Source: a virus. Taken from it: a stretch of 64,000 nucleotides of DNA. Below are positions 47,795 through 57,182 of this stretch, one piece after another. Every line of letters starts with the position of its first letter. Within the stretch, counting starts at the first letter, position 1. The position numbers were made by a program, and so were the translations under genes. The notes beneath the pieces are model-generated. The model saw only the letters and a program-made list of their open reading frames with translations. It did no database searches and was not told where the DNA came from. Where the stretch lies: positions 32,333 to 96,332 of the IMG/VR virus record IMGVR_UViG_3300017989_000082, one strand, 5' to 3'.

Positions 47795-48016
47795 CTAGGG
47801 CATGATTCCCCTGTTAATGCTTAAATGTGGCCTTTCACCTGCTTTTTTGAGTGATTTATACCTCTTTTTAAACTCAAGGTATATTCCATGGAGGCTGTCG
47901 CCGGGGTGCAAAAGCATTCCGTTTTCAGTCTTAAATATACCGGACTTCGGATTACCTCTTCTTTGGAACTCTTTAACGGCAATTCTCTTAATCGCCTTTG
48001 CCTTCTTACCGTTCAT
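47795..48016 (-). CDS. small basic hypothetical protein
   Basis: MNGKKAKAIKR...; ATGA-coupled to the upstream gene. Confidence 0.6.
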   Translation of the reverse strand: MNGKKAKAIKRIAVKEFQRRGNPKSGIFKTENGMLLHPGDSLHGIYLEFKKRYKSLKKAGERPHLSINRGIMP

Positions 48017-48114
48017 ATTGTCTGCCCCCATAGCGCCAGCATAATAAGCCCGGCACTAATTATTGTGAAGGATAAAAATAAGAAAAATACTTTATTCTCT
48101 TCATCATCACGCAT
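48013..48114 (-). CDS. 33-aa membrane peptide
   Basis: MRDDEENKVFFLFLSFTIISAGLIMLALWGQTI fills the gap; translated by hand. Confidence 0.55.
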   Translation of the reverse strand: MRDDEENKVFFLFLSFTIISAGLIMLALWGQTI

Positions 48115-48117
48115 TCA

Positions 48118-48597
48118 TCACTCCAAGAGTATTGGCGCAATGGCCGGTTTACTGCAACCGATGGCGATGTTCTTTCTGTAGGCATATTGAACTTTATACT
48201 CGTTACATTCTGATTCGTCAACAGTTAGAACTCCGTCATCGTTTGTGTCAACCAACACCTGACACATAGCGGGTGTCCAGGAGAAGCCTATTACTTCGCT
48301 CATTGTTCTGACTGCGGCATATTTTGCCTTCATGTCATTTATCATGTTTGGCGAAGCGCTTGCGGGCAACACAATCACAGGCTCGCTGTCGTCACTGAAT
48401 TCACCAGCAGTAGCGCATCCGTTCTGGCAAGCCTGAACCCTGACAGTAATGATGCCCGGTCTTTGCAAGAGCGGCGCTATGTCCACCTGATTGGTGGTTA
48501 CTACGCCAGCGTCAATAAACTCTTGTGCCGGGGCGGGGGTGACGGTAAGCAGTACAAAGAAGATTGCAGAAAATAACAATACCAGACTCTTTTTCAT
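48118..48597 (-). CDS. exported protein with signal peptide
   Basis: AAGGAGG RBS. MKKSLVLLFSAIFFVLLTVTPAPA|Q, five Cys and a DTNDDG loop. Confidence 0.75.
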   Translation of the reverse strand: MKKSLVLLFSAIFFVLLTVTPAPAQEFIDAGVVTTNQVDIAPLLQRPGIITVRVQACQNGCATAGEFSDDSEPVIVLPASASPNMINDMKAKYAAVRTMSEVIGFSWTPAMCQVLVDTNDDGVLTVDESECNEYKVQYAYRKNIAIGCSKPAIAPILLE

Positions 48598-48610
48598 TAA
48601 GCTCCTCCTT

Positions 48611-48922
48611 TCAGTATGGTACATCGTCCTCAAGGAAATCATCGTAATAGCGTTCAAACGCTTTTCGTACCAAGCTAACAAAGGCGGTATCGAATTTGTT
48701 TTCCCGTACCAACAGAAAATTTTGTATATAATTAATTCCAGAAGGGTCGTGAACCATGTCTCTAATCCTCATATTTACGAATTGGCCAAACCCTAACCGG
48801 ACATCAACCGTCTTGCCTTTTTTATTCTTTATCTTCGTGTACCTTGTTTTTGCCTTTGGTCCTTCGGCCCTCCGCAATTCTCTTTTTTCTTTCTCTTTTT
48901 TTAATTTTTTTAAGTTCACCAT
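48611..48922 (-). CDS. basic hypothetical protein
   Basis: AAGGAG RBS, 103 aa. Confidence 0.55.
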   Translation of the reverse strand: MVNLKKLKKEKEKRELRRAEGPKAKTRYTKIKNKKGKTVDVRLGFGQFVNMRIRDMVHDPSGINYIQNFLLVRENKFDTAFVSLVRKAFERYYDDFLEDDVPY

Positions 48923-49313
48923 ACATCCGTCTCCTTAATAACAACCTTAACTCTTTTGTTTCTTCATCTACTCTATGGGCTAGCGTCTTTACTTCTATTT
49001 CTCTCTCCACTTCTCGTTCTGATGCTAGCAGGTCTATTATGAATTTGTCAAGATCGCTTTTTGGTTTTTCCCCTAGCTGATATTTAATTAAAGCCTTTCG
49101 TATTTTCAGCGGTTCAATTCCAAACCAGCGACATATATTGAGGAAGCTGTGAGGGTTATCCGAAAGATCATCTAAAAAAAAGTACTCCTGCGCTAATAGT
49201 CTATTGTTAAGATCTTCATCATTGGCAACAGGGCGGAGAAGTTCCTTTGCGGCCTCGTTCAATTGAGAGGCCATAATTCTCTCTTCTTCTGTTATTAATT
49301 CATATTCATCCAT
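48822..49313 (-). CDS. hypothetical protein (SFLNIC...IRKAL motif)
   Basis: TAATG-coupled to the upstream gene. Confidence 0.55.
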   Translation of the reverse strand: MDEYELITEEERIMASQLNEAAKELLRPVANDEDLNNRLLAQEYFFLDDLSDNPHSFLNICRWFGIEPLKIRKALIKYQLGEKPKSDLDKFIIDLLASEREVEREIEVKTLAHRVDEETKELRLLLRRRMYGELKKIKKRERKKRIAEGRRTKGKNKVHEDKE

Positions 49314-49951
49314 TATACAGCTTTTCGCTTTTTCTTTTTCTTCTCTTTTGGTGGTTCAGGCTGCTTTTTGCTTTCTATAATTTCCTCTTCTGTTTCCAGT
49401 GACTCTTCATCATCTGGTAATTCCGGTGCAATTATGGCATAAGCCAATATGTATCGGTTAACAAACGTCTTGAAGGTGCCAAAGGCTTTACAGCGAACCC
49501 CTTCATCTTGACACTTGTTTACCTGTTCGTCTTCGCAACGCAGGGCTTTGCATATGAATTGGCTACTCGTATAATAGGTGCATTTTCCCCGGCATACATA
49601 ATTACATACGCAGGGGTCAACTTGCCCACCACGCTTATCTGGACAGTGTATAAAGCTTGGGGCATTATTGACCCCTAGCCATGCCCTGTAAAATTCAATG
49701 GGCGTCTGGGCGGCATCTATGGCCTCAATGCTGGCTTCTATTCTGGCCTGTAGTTGCTTAAGCCCTATTAGGGCGGTTATTAATGATCGGCCTTTTCTTT
49801 TTGCATCTTTTTCTTTGCCACCTTCGATTTTTTCTTTGTCTGGGTTGTACTGTGGGCGGTTTTTTTTGGCAAGAAGCTCTTTTCCTGTAGCGATCTTCTT
49901 ATTACTTTTCTTTGGTTTTTTTAAGTTCTTCTTTGCCTTTGCTGAATTCAT
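49313..49951 (-). CDS. Cys-rich hypothetical protein with basic termini
   Basis: CPDK...CVCNYVCRGKC...C...C...C...C. Confidence 0.6.
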   Translation of the reverse strand: MNSAKAKKNLKKPKKSNKKIATGKELLAKKNRPQYNPDKEKIEGGKEKDAKRKGRSLITALIGLKQLQARIEASIEAIDAAQTPIEFYRAWLGVNNAPSFIHCPDKRGGQVDPCVCNYVCRGKCTYYTSSQFICKALRCEDEQVNKCQDEGVRCKAFGTFKTFVNRYILAYAIIAPELPDDEESLETEEEIIESKKQPEPPKEKKKKKRKAV

Positions 49952-50612
49952 AAGCTGTTTTCCCTTTATTTACCAAAATGTCTTTGACGGTTCCTGCATC
50001 CTTGACATTAAGCGAGCAAAAATTATGAGGTTTTGATTCTATCTTTGATATGTTTTCTTGATTCATTTTTTTGCTTAGTTCATTAACCGCATTATATAGC
50101 ATTTTTCCAATTAAGGCCAGCACAAAAGCATCAGCTTGGTTGTCGTCCTTTACATCAATTTCAAACTTCTTATATACCTCCTTCATGATGTGGCTCTTGT
50201 CACTTGCGCCTATGGTCTTTTTGAGTGTCAGGGCGGATACGGGTATGCAGGGGATTCCCCTTTCCCATAGGTAGGCTCGTATAACACCGCCAAGCTCACC
50301 TGCTCCTTCTCGGCCAAACTTGGAATTGTAAGAATAGTCTTCAATCATAACCATCATAATCTTTTTACCGCCAATAATGCTATCAATCCACTTCTTGACT
50401 TCTATAACCTTTGAGAAGCCTTTTGATTGCGTGGCCACTGAGTAAACCTTGAATGAGTCTTTCTTTGGCCGGTAAATAGCCAGCCCCGGCTTCCCGCGGG
50501 CGGGATCAAGCCCTACTATGAGACCTCCCCTTCTGGCAAGGAAGCGGCTGTATGTCTTAGTCCACTTCAAGAACAATTCGTTTCGTTCTTCTTTTAGCAC
50601 CTTCCTAGCCAT
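49902..50612 (-). CDS. ruvC: RuvC-like Holliday junction resolvase
   Basis: VGLDP, MIEDY, ELGGVI, LKK and DNQADA catalytic motifs. Confidence 0.88.
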   Translation of the reverse strand: MARKVLKEERNELFLKWTKTYSRFLARRGGLIVGLDPARGKPGLAIYRPKKDSFKVYSVATQSKGFSKVIEVKKWIDSIIGGKKIMMVMIEDYSYNSKFGREGAGELGGVIRAYLWERGIPCIPVSALTLKKTIGASDKSHIMKEVYKKFEIDVKDDNQADAFVLALIGKMLYNAVNELSKKMNQENISKIESKPHNFCSLNVKDAGTVKDILVNKGKTAYEFSKGKEELKKTKEK

Positions 50613-52426
50613 TACATCCTCCAATCAACGTGGGTTTGTTCGTTCTTCATTTTTAAATCAATGCGGTAATCAAAAAAGCGAGAAATTTCCTTATTGTTAG
50701 TCGCCATAAAAATTTGCTGGTCTGGAAATATCTGCTTCATTAATTGGACAACACGATCGTAACCCTGTTGAGACAGGGCGCGGCCTATTTCATCAAACAG
50801 TTTAAACTTTATGTGATCCCCCTGTAGGCCCATGATGCCAAGGGTGACAGCTTTTTCTATTCTGTTCTTTTGCCCGCCAGAGTATATTCGGAAGTCTCTG
50901 GCTTTTCCTCCTTTGAGGATATTTATAACTATTTCATTTTTCTTTTTAGATTTTGTTATTTTCTGCGATAAAATTTCTATTCCAATTTCCCCGTCGGTAA
51001 GCTCTTGGGAATATTCACTCGCCTTATAGCTTAATTCTTCAACAAGGTCTTCAATAAGTTTGGCCTGATATCCGTACTGGCCTGTTTGCCTAACCCAAAA
51101 TGCGATAAGATCAACTTCCCTTTTTAATTTATTCCTCTTTATAACAGCCTTGGCGTATTTTGAGTGTAGGGCGCGGCATGATTCTTCGCTGGAGCGAATT
51201 GACCCTTCAATAATAGACCGTGACTCATTTATATATGCCATCGCTCCTCTTATTGTTTTAGCTTGGGTTTCTTTATGCTCAATAATTTCGATTCGATTTT
51301 TTATTTCATCAGCGATCTTTAGGTTAAGCTCAAGGGCTTCCTTGGTTGCTTTAATTTTTGACTCAAGCGCTTCAACTATTTTAAATTCTGAGTCTTTATC
51401 TTTTAATTTCTTTTCAATAAATTTTTTCTTGGCTTTCTCTTCGGATAGGTTTGTTTTGATTGTCTCTATATCTACGTCTTTAGAGCTTGTTCCGCAGTAT
51501 GGGCAAACACCATATTTTTTGATTGAAGCTATGCGAGCCTTGTAGTCTTCAATAACACCTTTCGCAGTTTTCATTACATCTACCATGCTTGTTATTTCAT
51601 CTACCAGTTTTGCCTTGTTTCTTTTTTTTAGTCTAGCTTCGGTGTTGAGAATTTTTGATCTATTATCGCTTATTTCGATTAACAGATCTTTTTCCTGCTT
51701 CTTTAATATAGACTTTGTTTTAATTTTGCCTTCCAGCGCTTTCAGTCTAGCCTTGTGTGATGAAATTGTTTTCTCTTTGTCTTTATCGAAAAATTCCAAC
51801 TCTTTCTTTTTTGCTTCAAGAGTATTTGCTGCCCCTTGATATGCCTCCAAGGCTGCTTCGGAAATAACTTGTACTTTGCCGTATTCCTCTTTTACCGTTT
51901 TCAGATCTTTAAATGCTATTTTGTTGGCAACCCTAAAGTGCAGGGTGTTTGCTATTTCCTGTAATATAAATTTTCGCTGATTATCTGCAACATGAAGGAA
52001 ATGGCTGGCTAGGATATCATTACTGAACATGCAGCAGTTTTTAAAGGTCTCCCAACTGATTCCTAGCTCTTGGTTGACAACGGGCTGCATGCGGGTAGGG
52101 GTGCCACTAGATTTATTCCACATAAGTTTTTGACCGCCAGTTTTTGTCTTACTCCTCATTATGGAATCACCATTGGCAAATATAATTCTGGCAGTAGTGC
52201 TTGGGTTGAAGGTCCCCATGACATTAGTTTTTTTCTTACGAGCTATTTCCCCGAACAAGGCCCAAGTGATAGAGTCCAGTAGTACGCTCTTACCAATGGC
52301 ATTGCTACCCATGACGGGGTTATCCTCGTTTACACCAGTAATGCCAATAAGCCCGTACTCTGGAAGTTTCATGTTCCAGTTGCGGTAGCAAACAAAATTA
52401 TCTACATGAAGCGACTCTATTATCAC
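50612..52426 (-). CDS. sbcC: Rad50/SbcC/gp46-like ATPase
   Basis: SNAIGKS, CPYC zinc hook within the coiled coil, YSGGQ and LFDE. Confidence 0.92.
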   Translation of the reverse strand: MIIESLHVDNFVCYRNWNMKLPEYGLIGITGVNEDNPVMGSNAIGKSVLLDSITWALFGEIARKKKTNVMGTFNPSTTARIIFANGDSIMRSKTKTGGQKLMWNKSSGTPTRMQPVVNQELGISWETFKNCCMFSNDILASHFLHVADNQRKFILQEIANTLHFRVANKIAFKDLKTVKEEYGKVQVISEAALEAYQGAANTLEAKKKELEFFDKDKEKTISSHKARLKALEGKIKTKSILKKQEKDLLIEISDNRSKILNTEARLKKRNKAKLVDEITSMVDVMKTAKGVIEDYKARIASIKKYGVCPYCGTSSKDVDIETIKTNLSEEKAKKKFIEKKLKDKDSEFKIVEALESKIKATKEALELNLKIADEIKNRIEIIEHKETQAKTIRGAMAYINESRSIIEGSIRSSEESCRALHSKYAKAVIKRNKLKREVDLIAFWVRQTGQYGYQAKLIEDLVEELSYKASEYSQELTDGEIGIEILSQKITKSKKKNEIVINILKGGKARDFRIYSGGQKNRIEKAVTLGIMGLQGDHIKFKLFDEIGRALSQQGYDRVVQLMKQIFPDQQIFMATNNKEISRFFDYRIDLKMKNEQTHVDWRM

Positions 52427-52626
52427 GAGCTGGCCTTCCGCTTTTTCTTTTCGGGTTTGATTTTGTTGTGCTCCATTCTATTTTTCAGCACTTGCTCGAC
52501 AAGGTTGTTGGCACAGGTCTTGTGAATGCATCGCTCCTCTTTGTGAATTTTCCACGCCTCCTGAGGAACCTCCGGCGGAACATACTGATCACATAGCGGA
52601 CATTGACGGTTGCTGACTACGCTCAT
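52423..52626 (-). CDS. small Zn-finger-like protein
   Basis: CPLC...HKTC; GGAG RBS. Confidence 0.55.
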   Translation of the reverse strand: MSVVSNRQCPLCDQYVPPEVPQEAWKIHKEERCIHKTCANNLVEQVLKNRMEHNKIKPEKKKRKASS

Positions 52627-52638
52627 TTCAATTTCTCC

Positions 52639-52893
52639 TTATATTGCTCTGAAGATTGCTTCACATATATTTCTTACCACAGTAACTTCTTTTGAGTTTA
52701 AAACACTGCCACTGCTTAGTTTTAAACTTGTGTCTGTTTTTTCTCTGATTATTTCATTGCAAATTTCTGACATTATATCAGTGGCCATTCTTAGCGCCAT
52801 TAATTCTTCAGGATTTTTAATTCTTATAACTATTTCTTCTGACATCACAGATGCCCTATCTACACGAGACTTAGTTTCTTTTTCTATTATCAT
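52639..52893 (-). CDS. hypothetical protein
   Basis: ATGA-coupled, 84 aa. Confidence 0.55.
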   Translation of the reverse strand: MIIEKETKSRVDRASVMSEEIVIRIKNPEELMALRMATDIMSEICNEIIREKTDTSLKLSSGSVLNSKEVTVVRNICEAIFRAI

Positions 52894-53984
52894 TTCATTT
52901 TCTCCCTTGCTCTCCTTAAATAGTATATGCCCTTTTCGTACACTGCCCTTTCCGATAGGTTCTCTTCTCTGGAATGTTCTATGATGGCGTTAACCATATC
53001 TTCATCGCCCATGTTTCGCTTAACGCCACCGCCAGTCTCTATTAATATTTTATCAGTTGCAAATCGCTGTATGTTTATTTTCTTGGGGGCATATTTTTTC
53101 TCTAGCCTCAATAGTAGTCTAGCGGGGTCCCAGGCTTTCAGGAAAGCCCTTGTTCCCGTTACCACTACCCTGATATAAGAATTTGGTTTAACGGCCTTAA
53201 AATCAATCCTGGTGCCCTCTGACACATGAATTATGTGGAATGTGGGGGCTTGCACATCAATACTTTCAAAATTTGGCAAATCATCGGTATCAAATACATG
53301 AAATAGTGTCGGGCCACCTTCATCCCTGAAGTCATTTTGAGTTAGAGACCCTGTATATATGCCCTTCTTGTATGGGAGCCATTGGTGTTTGTGGAAGTCG
53401 CCAAAAATGCTGAAGTCAAAATTCTTACCTATGATGCCTTTCCTTTTGAATAAATCTTTAGGTAGACCGCTTCTGCTTTTGGTTAGCTTAAACCATCGGC
53501 CCTGTACGGGCTGGTGGGCAATTAGGATTTGTTTATCATTTACGCCAGGATTATTCGTGAAAGCTTCGAGCTGATCAATAAACTCTGTTGTGGAGTGGGC
53601 ATAGTTAATCATTGTAAAATCAGCATCGTCAATTGCCAACCGTCGTATTGACGGGTAAGATACTATATTTGGGTAACGTATTAGATGATTAAACAAGGAG
53701 TTGCCACCTTCATCTATTTCATGGTTGCCATTAATGAAGTTGGCCTCTAGGTTTGCTAACCAGAGGTTTTCCACGAATCTTGTAAAAACCTGAAATTCTG
53801 ATGGGGAAACCTTAAATGAATCAAAGGTATCTCCGGCAACAAATATGTGTTTTATCTTTTCAGTTGATGCATAATCCACAACCTTGGCCAAGGCCATATT
53901 TATTTCTGCAAGCCGATTGTTTCCGGGGGAATGAAAGGGCATGCTGTCACTAATATGTACGTCCCCAAAAGCAATAAACTTCAA
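52890..53984 (-). CDS. sbcD: Mre11/SbcD/gp47-like nuclease
   Basis: GDVH, AGDTFD, GNHE, AHQ, GDFH and YTGS. Confidence 0.92.
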   Translation of the reverse strand: MKFIAFGDVHISDSMPFHSPGNNRLAEINMALAKVVDYASTEKIKHIFVAGDTFDSFKVSPSEFQVFTRFVENLWLANLEANFINGNHEIDEGGNSLFNHLIRYPNIVSYPSIRRLAIDDADFTMINYAHSTTEFIDQLEAFTNNPGVNDKQILIAHQPVQGRWFKLTKSRSGLPKDLFKRKGIIGKNFDFSIFGDFHKHQWLPYKKGIYTGSLTQNDFRDEGGPTLFHVFDTDDLPNFESIDVQAPTFHIIHVSEGTRIDFKAVKPNSYIRVVVTGTRAFLKAWDPARLLLRLEKKYAPKKINIQRFATDKILIETGGGVKRNMGDEDMVNAIIEHSREENLSERAVYEKGIYYLRRAREKMK

Positions 53985-55084
53985 GACCTTTTCCTCGCTG
54001 GCTTCTTGAGTAGTTTTCGTATCCTACGGGCTGTTTTCGGTTGGGTCTCAAATACTTTTTTCAACCCGCCCTTGTCGGTCCATTCAACGTCAGGGTTTTT
54101 AAGTTTATATTTGCGGCCTGTCTTCCTAGCTCCGTAATATTTTTCCAATGCACTGCACAGGCTTATATAATAATTTATGCCCTTACCGAAATATATTTCA
54201 AACTGGCCACTCTTAAAAGGTATGGAGTTACTGTTTTTTGAGTTTAAAGCTTTTACAATGGAGCCAACCTTATCATCTTCATCTTCACCGGACTTAAGAA
54301 TTTTAATTCGTATAAGCTTAATGCCTACTGTTGCGTGAAAGCGCAGGGCTGATTCCCCCAAGAAGGTTTCTCCCGGCCCGAACATGGCCGCGTAGCCAGT
54401 GCTGATTTTTTGCTTCCGTTGGCATACATAAACAATAGCGATATTGAGGCGGTCCACGTCACCAATTATGAGCCGTAAATGCTTGCTTATGCTTCGGCTG
54501 TGGCCCCCTACCTCCCCACTGCCACGGGACTCCGCATTGGTTTTAATACTGGTACTGTCAAAAGCTATGAATATGGGCATATTGAGAATTGCGTTAAGCT
54601 CTTCTTCTGCTGCCTCCGCTTTAGCCTTATCCTTTTGTGTTGTCTTTTTCTCCAGGGTTTGGATTTCCCTGATAAGTATTTCAATATTCTCCTCAACAAT
54701 CTCAAGCCCTTCCTCAAGGGTTTCAGGTTTTCCATAAATAAGCCTATCAACATCCACGCCTATGGACTCTGCATAGTTCTTGTCAAGCCTGTGCTCGCAG
54801 TCTATAAATATGGCTATGCCGCCACGCGATTGTGCTTCGGCACAACAATGTAACATGAGAGTTGTTTTGCCAACTCCGGGCTCGCTGAATACAAAACTGA
54901 CTTTTCCGCATGGGAAGCCCCAATTTCCCCTATTATCGCAGGCTAGGGTTCGGTCAACGCTTGGAGCTTGCGTACTTATTACGTTGGTAACTTTTCCAAG
55001 GGAGCCAGTTAATAAAAACAGTCGGCTACTTTTCTTATTAATGCTGGCCATAATCTTATCACTATAACTTGCCGCTATATTCAT
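53981..55084 (-). CDS. recA: RecA/UvsX-like recombinase
   Basis: EPGVGKTT, FIDCEHRLD..YAESIGVD and ALRFHAT. Confidence 0.93.
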   Translation of the reverse strand: MNIAASYSDKIMASINKKSSRLFLLTGSLGKVTNVISTQAPSVDRTLACDNRGNWGFPCGKVSFVFSEPGVGKTTLMLHCCAEAQSRGGIAIFIDCEHRLDKNYAESIGVDVDRLIYGKPETLEEGLEIVEENIEILIREIQTLEKKTTQKDKAKAEAAEEELNAILNMPIFIAFDSTSIKTNAESRGSGEVGGHSRSISKHLRLIIGDVDRLNIAIVYVCQRKQKISTGYAAMFGPGETFLGESALRFHATVGIKLIRIKILKSGEDEDDKVGSIVKALNSKNSNSIPFKSGQFEIYFGKGINYYISLCSALEKYYGARKTGRKYKLKNPDVEWTDKGGLKKVFETQPKTARRIRKLLKKPARKRS

Positions 55085-55117
55085 AACTGGCTCCCTTGGT
55101 GGTTTCTTGGTTTAGGA

Positions 55118-56380
55118 CTACTTCTTTGTTTTCTTCTTTTTCTTGGCCGCGGCTTTCTCCTTCAGTTTTTTCTCAAGGGACTTCTTTCCCTCGTCTTCGT
55201 CGTCCTCTTCCTCTTCTTCTTCCTCGTCGTCGTCTTCTTCGTCTTCTTCTTCCTCGTCGTCCTCTTCCTCTTCTTCTTCCTCGTCGTCCTCTTCCTCGTC
55301 GTCCTCTTCCTCGTCCTCGTCGTCCTCTTCCTCGTCTTCGTCCTCGTCGTCCTCTTCCTCGTCCTCGTCTTCGTCCTCTTCTTTTTTCTTCGCCGCCGCC
55401 GCCTTCTTTTTCGGTTTTTTCTTCTTGGTATCTTCTTCCTCTTCCTCTTCCTCCTCGCCTTCAGTATCTACTTCGCAAGCTTCTTTTGAGGCGCACTTAT
55501 CGCATTTCTTTTTGCCATCTTTGTACTCTCCGTAGCATTCTGGAAGATCGCTGTCTTCATCATCTGGAGCATCTTCCAGGTCCATACCGGCCATGATGGC
55601 TTTGATTTCCTCAATGCTTTTGGGTACGCCAACAACAGTGAGGTCAATAAGCTTTTCCTCTATTCGAGCAATGACCTCGTCGGGAAGCACTATTGGCTTC
55701 TTTAGGGCCTTAACCTTCTCATAGCTGATTGAGAAGGGATCCCCCTTTTTGGCTTGCTTCTTGGTGAACTTGATAGGGTACATGGCCTTGGGGTCGGTAA
55801 TGTCGCCTATGTCTTCAAACTCACCAATGATTGCTTCATGAATGGTGGTGCCGCAACTCATTACCATGATATCCGAAATGCAACCGTCTTTGAAGTCACA
55901 ACGGTTGCAACCCCGTTTTTTTATGGCTTTAGTGTTTTCCTCGCCGGGGTGATCAATAAAGCACTTCGGCACTTTGGGCATTTCGTCATCCAGTACCAGT
56001 GCAATTAGATCAATGACTCCGTAATAGAACCGGCTTCCACGTTTTCGCTTGTTGGCAATATCTTTTCTTGACTGCTTACTGCTTGACCAGTCTGCAAAGT
56101 TCTGCTCGCACTGCGGGCACTTTTCAGCCGGATCATCCAGCGTCATGCGGCGACAATTGAACTGACTTTTGCTTTCGGGGCCGCAATTTCTGTGAACGCC
56201 GCGTTCAGCGTAAGGAAGGCCATCCATGTTGGGGTGATCATATAAAATTCCAACACAATTGGCGCCGATTTTTGTGGCATACCAATTTACCTTTCCCTTG
56301 CCTCGGCGCTTTTCCCTCTCTTCCCTGCTTTTCTCTCGCTTCTTTTTTTCTTTTCTGATCTTGCCTAAATTAACCGCCAT
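55118..56380 (-). CDS. gp32-like single-stranded DNA-binding protein with a long acidic/basic tail
   Basis: AAGGAG before ATG 56380. H...C...CPQC zinc motif, RFYYGVID and GDITDP. Adjacent to recA. Confidence 0.8.
   Translation of the reverse strand: MAVNLGKIRKEKKKREKSREEREKRRGKGKVNWYATKIGANCVGILYDHPNMDGLPYAERGVHRNCGPESKSQFNCRRMTLDDPAEKCPQCEQNFADWSSSKQSRKDIANKRKRGSRFYYGVIDLIALVLDDEMPKVPKCFIDHPGEENTKAIKKRGCNRCDFKDGCISDIMVMSCGTTIHEAIIGEFEDIGDITDPKAMYPIKFTKKQAKKGDPFSISYEKVKALKKPIVLPDEVIARIEEKLIDLTVVGVPKSIEEIKAIMAGMDLEDAPDDEDSDLPECYGEYKDGKKKCDKCASKEACEVDTEGEEEEEEEEDTKKKKPKKKAAAAKKKEEDEDEDEEEDDEDEDEEEDDEDEEEDDEEEDDEEEEEEEDDEEEEDEEDDDEEEEEEEDDEDEGKKSLEKKLKEKAAAKKKKKTKK
55189..55459 (-). repeat. GAR/GAC trinucleotide low-complexity tract encoding poly-Glu/Asp
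   Basis: TCT/TCC/TCG runs on the + strand. Confidence 0.9.
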
Positions 56381-56405
56381 TTTTTTCTCTCCTTTCTCTT
56401 GGTAG

Positions 56406-56573
56406 CTAACCTTTTCTGCCGCCACCTTTTCCGCGGCCGCCGCCCTTGCCTTTGCCAGGACCACCCTTGTTGCAACCGCCGGTGTTTCTGCCGCCACCAC
56501 TACCACCTTTTACCCCGCTGCCATTTCCTCTTCCGTCCTGTGGGCGGGATTGCCCTCTTGGGTTATTAGCCAT
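56406..56573 (-). CDS. 55-aa Gly/Lys/Arg-rich protein
   Basis: AAAGGAGGT RBS. MANNPRGQSRPQDGRGNGSGVKGGSGGGRNTGGCNKGGPGKGKGGGRGKGGGRKG; translated by hand. Confidence 0.8.
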   Translation of the reverse strand: MANNPRGQSRPQDGRGNGSGVKGGSGGGRNTGGCNKGGPGKGKGGGRGKGGGRKG

Positions 56574-56594
56574 TTTAACCTCCTTTCTTTTTTT

Positions 56595-57182
56595 TTATAC
56601 TGCTGCTCTTCGCTTCTTTACCCCTTTCTTCTTTGTTTTTTTTATTTTACCCTTAACCATGTCTGCATCACCTTTTCTTTTTTCAGAGATGTTAAAATTT
56701 CTGCGCTTTCCATATTGCTCCATAGTGCTAGAGAGCTCGCCATGTTTTCGGTAAGTACTATCTTTTGTGCGAACAACATCCAGCTTGGCATAGTATGAGC
56801 GCAATATGCCCCGAATAGTCTCCACTTCTTTTTTTGCGGCATTAATGGTGTAGCGCTGGTCTAGCCAGTGGCTTTTTCTCCTTATGGCTTGGGTTATTTT
56901 GGCTTCCCCCTTAGCAAAGCCGCGTGTGTTGCGAACAATTCCATCTTGTTCAGCTACCCAAGCGTCGAGCTCGGCCTTTAAATTTTCAAGCTCTTCTTCC
57001 TTGGTTACAGCCCATACCTCCAATAGCCCTATCATGGTAGGGGCAGTGTTCAGGCCGTTGGCAACGTCACGTGGGTCTAAGTCTTTAGCTACATCAACGG
57101 TGATTTCTTCTCCATTATCCTTTACGAAGGTTAGGAGCAGACTATCCTCAAGAATTTCCAGTTGGGCTTTTGTCGCCATCAA
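56595..57182 (-). CDS. coiled-coil protein, possible UvsY-like recombination mediator
   Basis: Helical EAKITQAI...EVETIRGILRSY..K pattern; close to the SSB and recA genes. Confidence 0.5.
   Translation of the reverse strand: MMATKAQLEILEDSLLLTFVKDNGEEITVDVAKDLDPRDVANGLNTAPTMIGLLEVWAVTKEEELENLKAELDAWVAEQDGIVRNTRGFAKGEAKITQAIRRKSHWLDQRYTINAAKKEVETIRGILRSYYAKLDVVRTKDSTYRKHGELSSTMEQYGKRRNFNISEKRKGDADMVKGKIKKTKKKGVKKRRAAV

Noticed and set aside
55143-55535. Poly-Ser ORFs (also 10445-10702 on the minus strand)
   Set aside because: They are antisense shadows of Asp/Glu tracts in real genes.
56381-56506. Ala-rich N-terminal extension of the SSB in the ORF track
   Set aside because: It is an alternative frame of the 55-aa Gly-rich gene; the SSB has its own RBS at ATG 56380.
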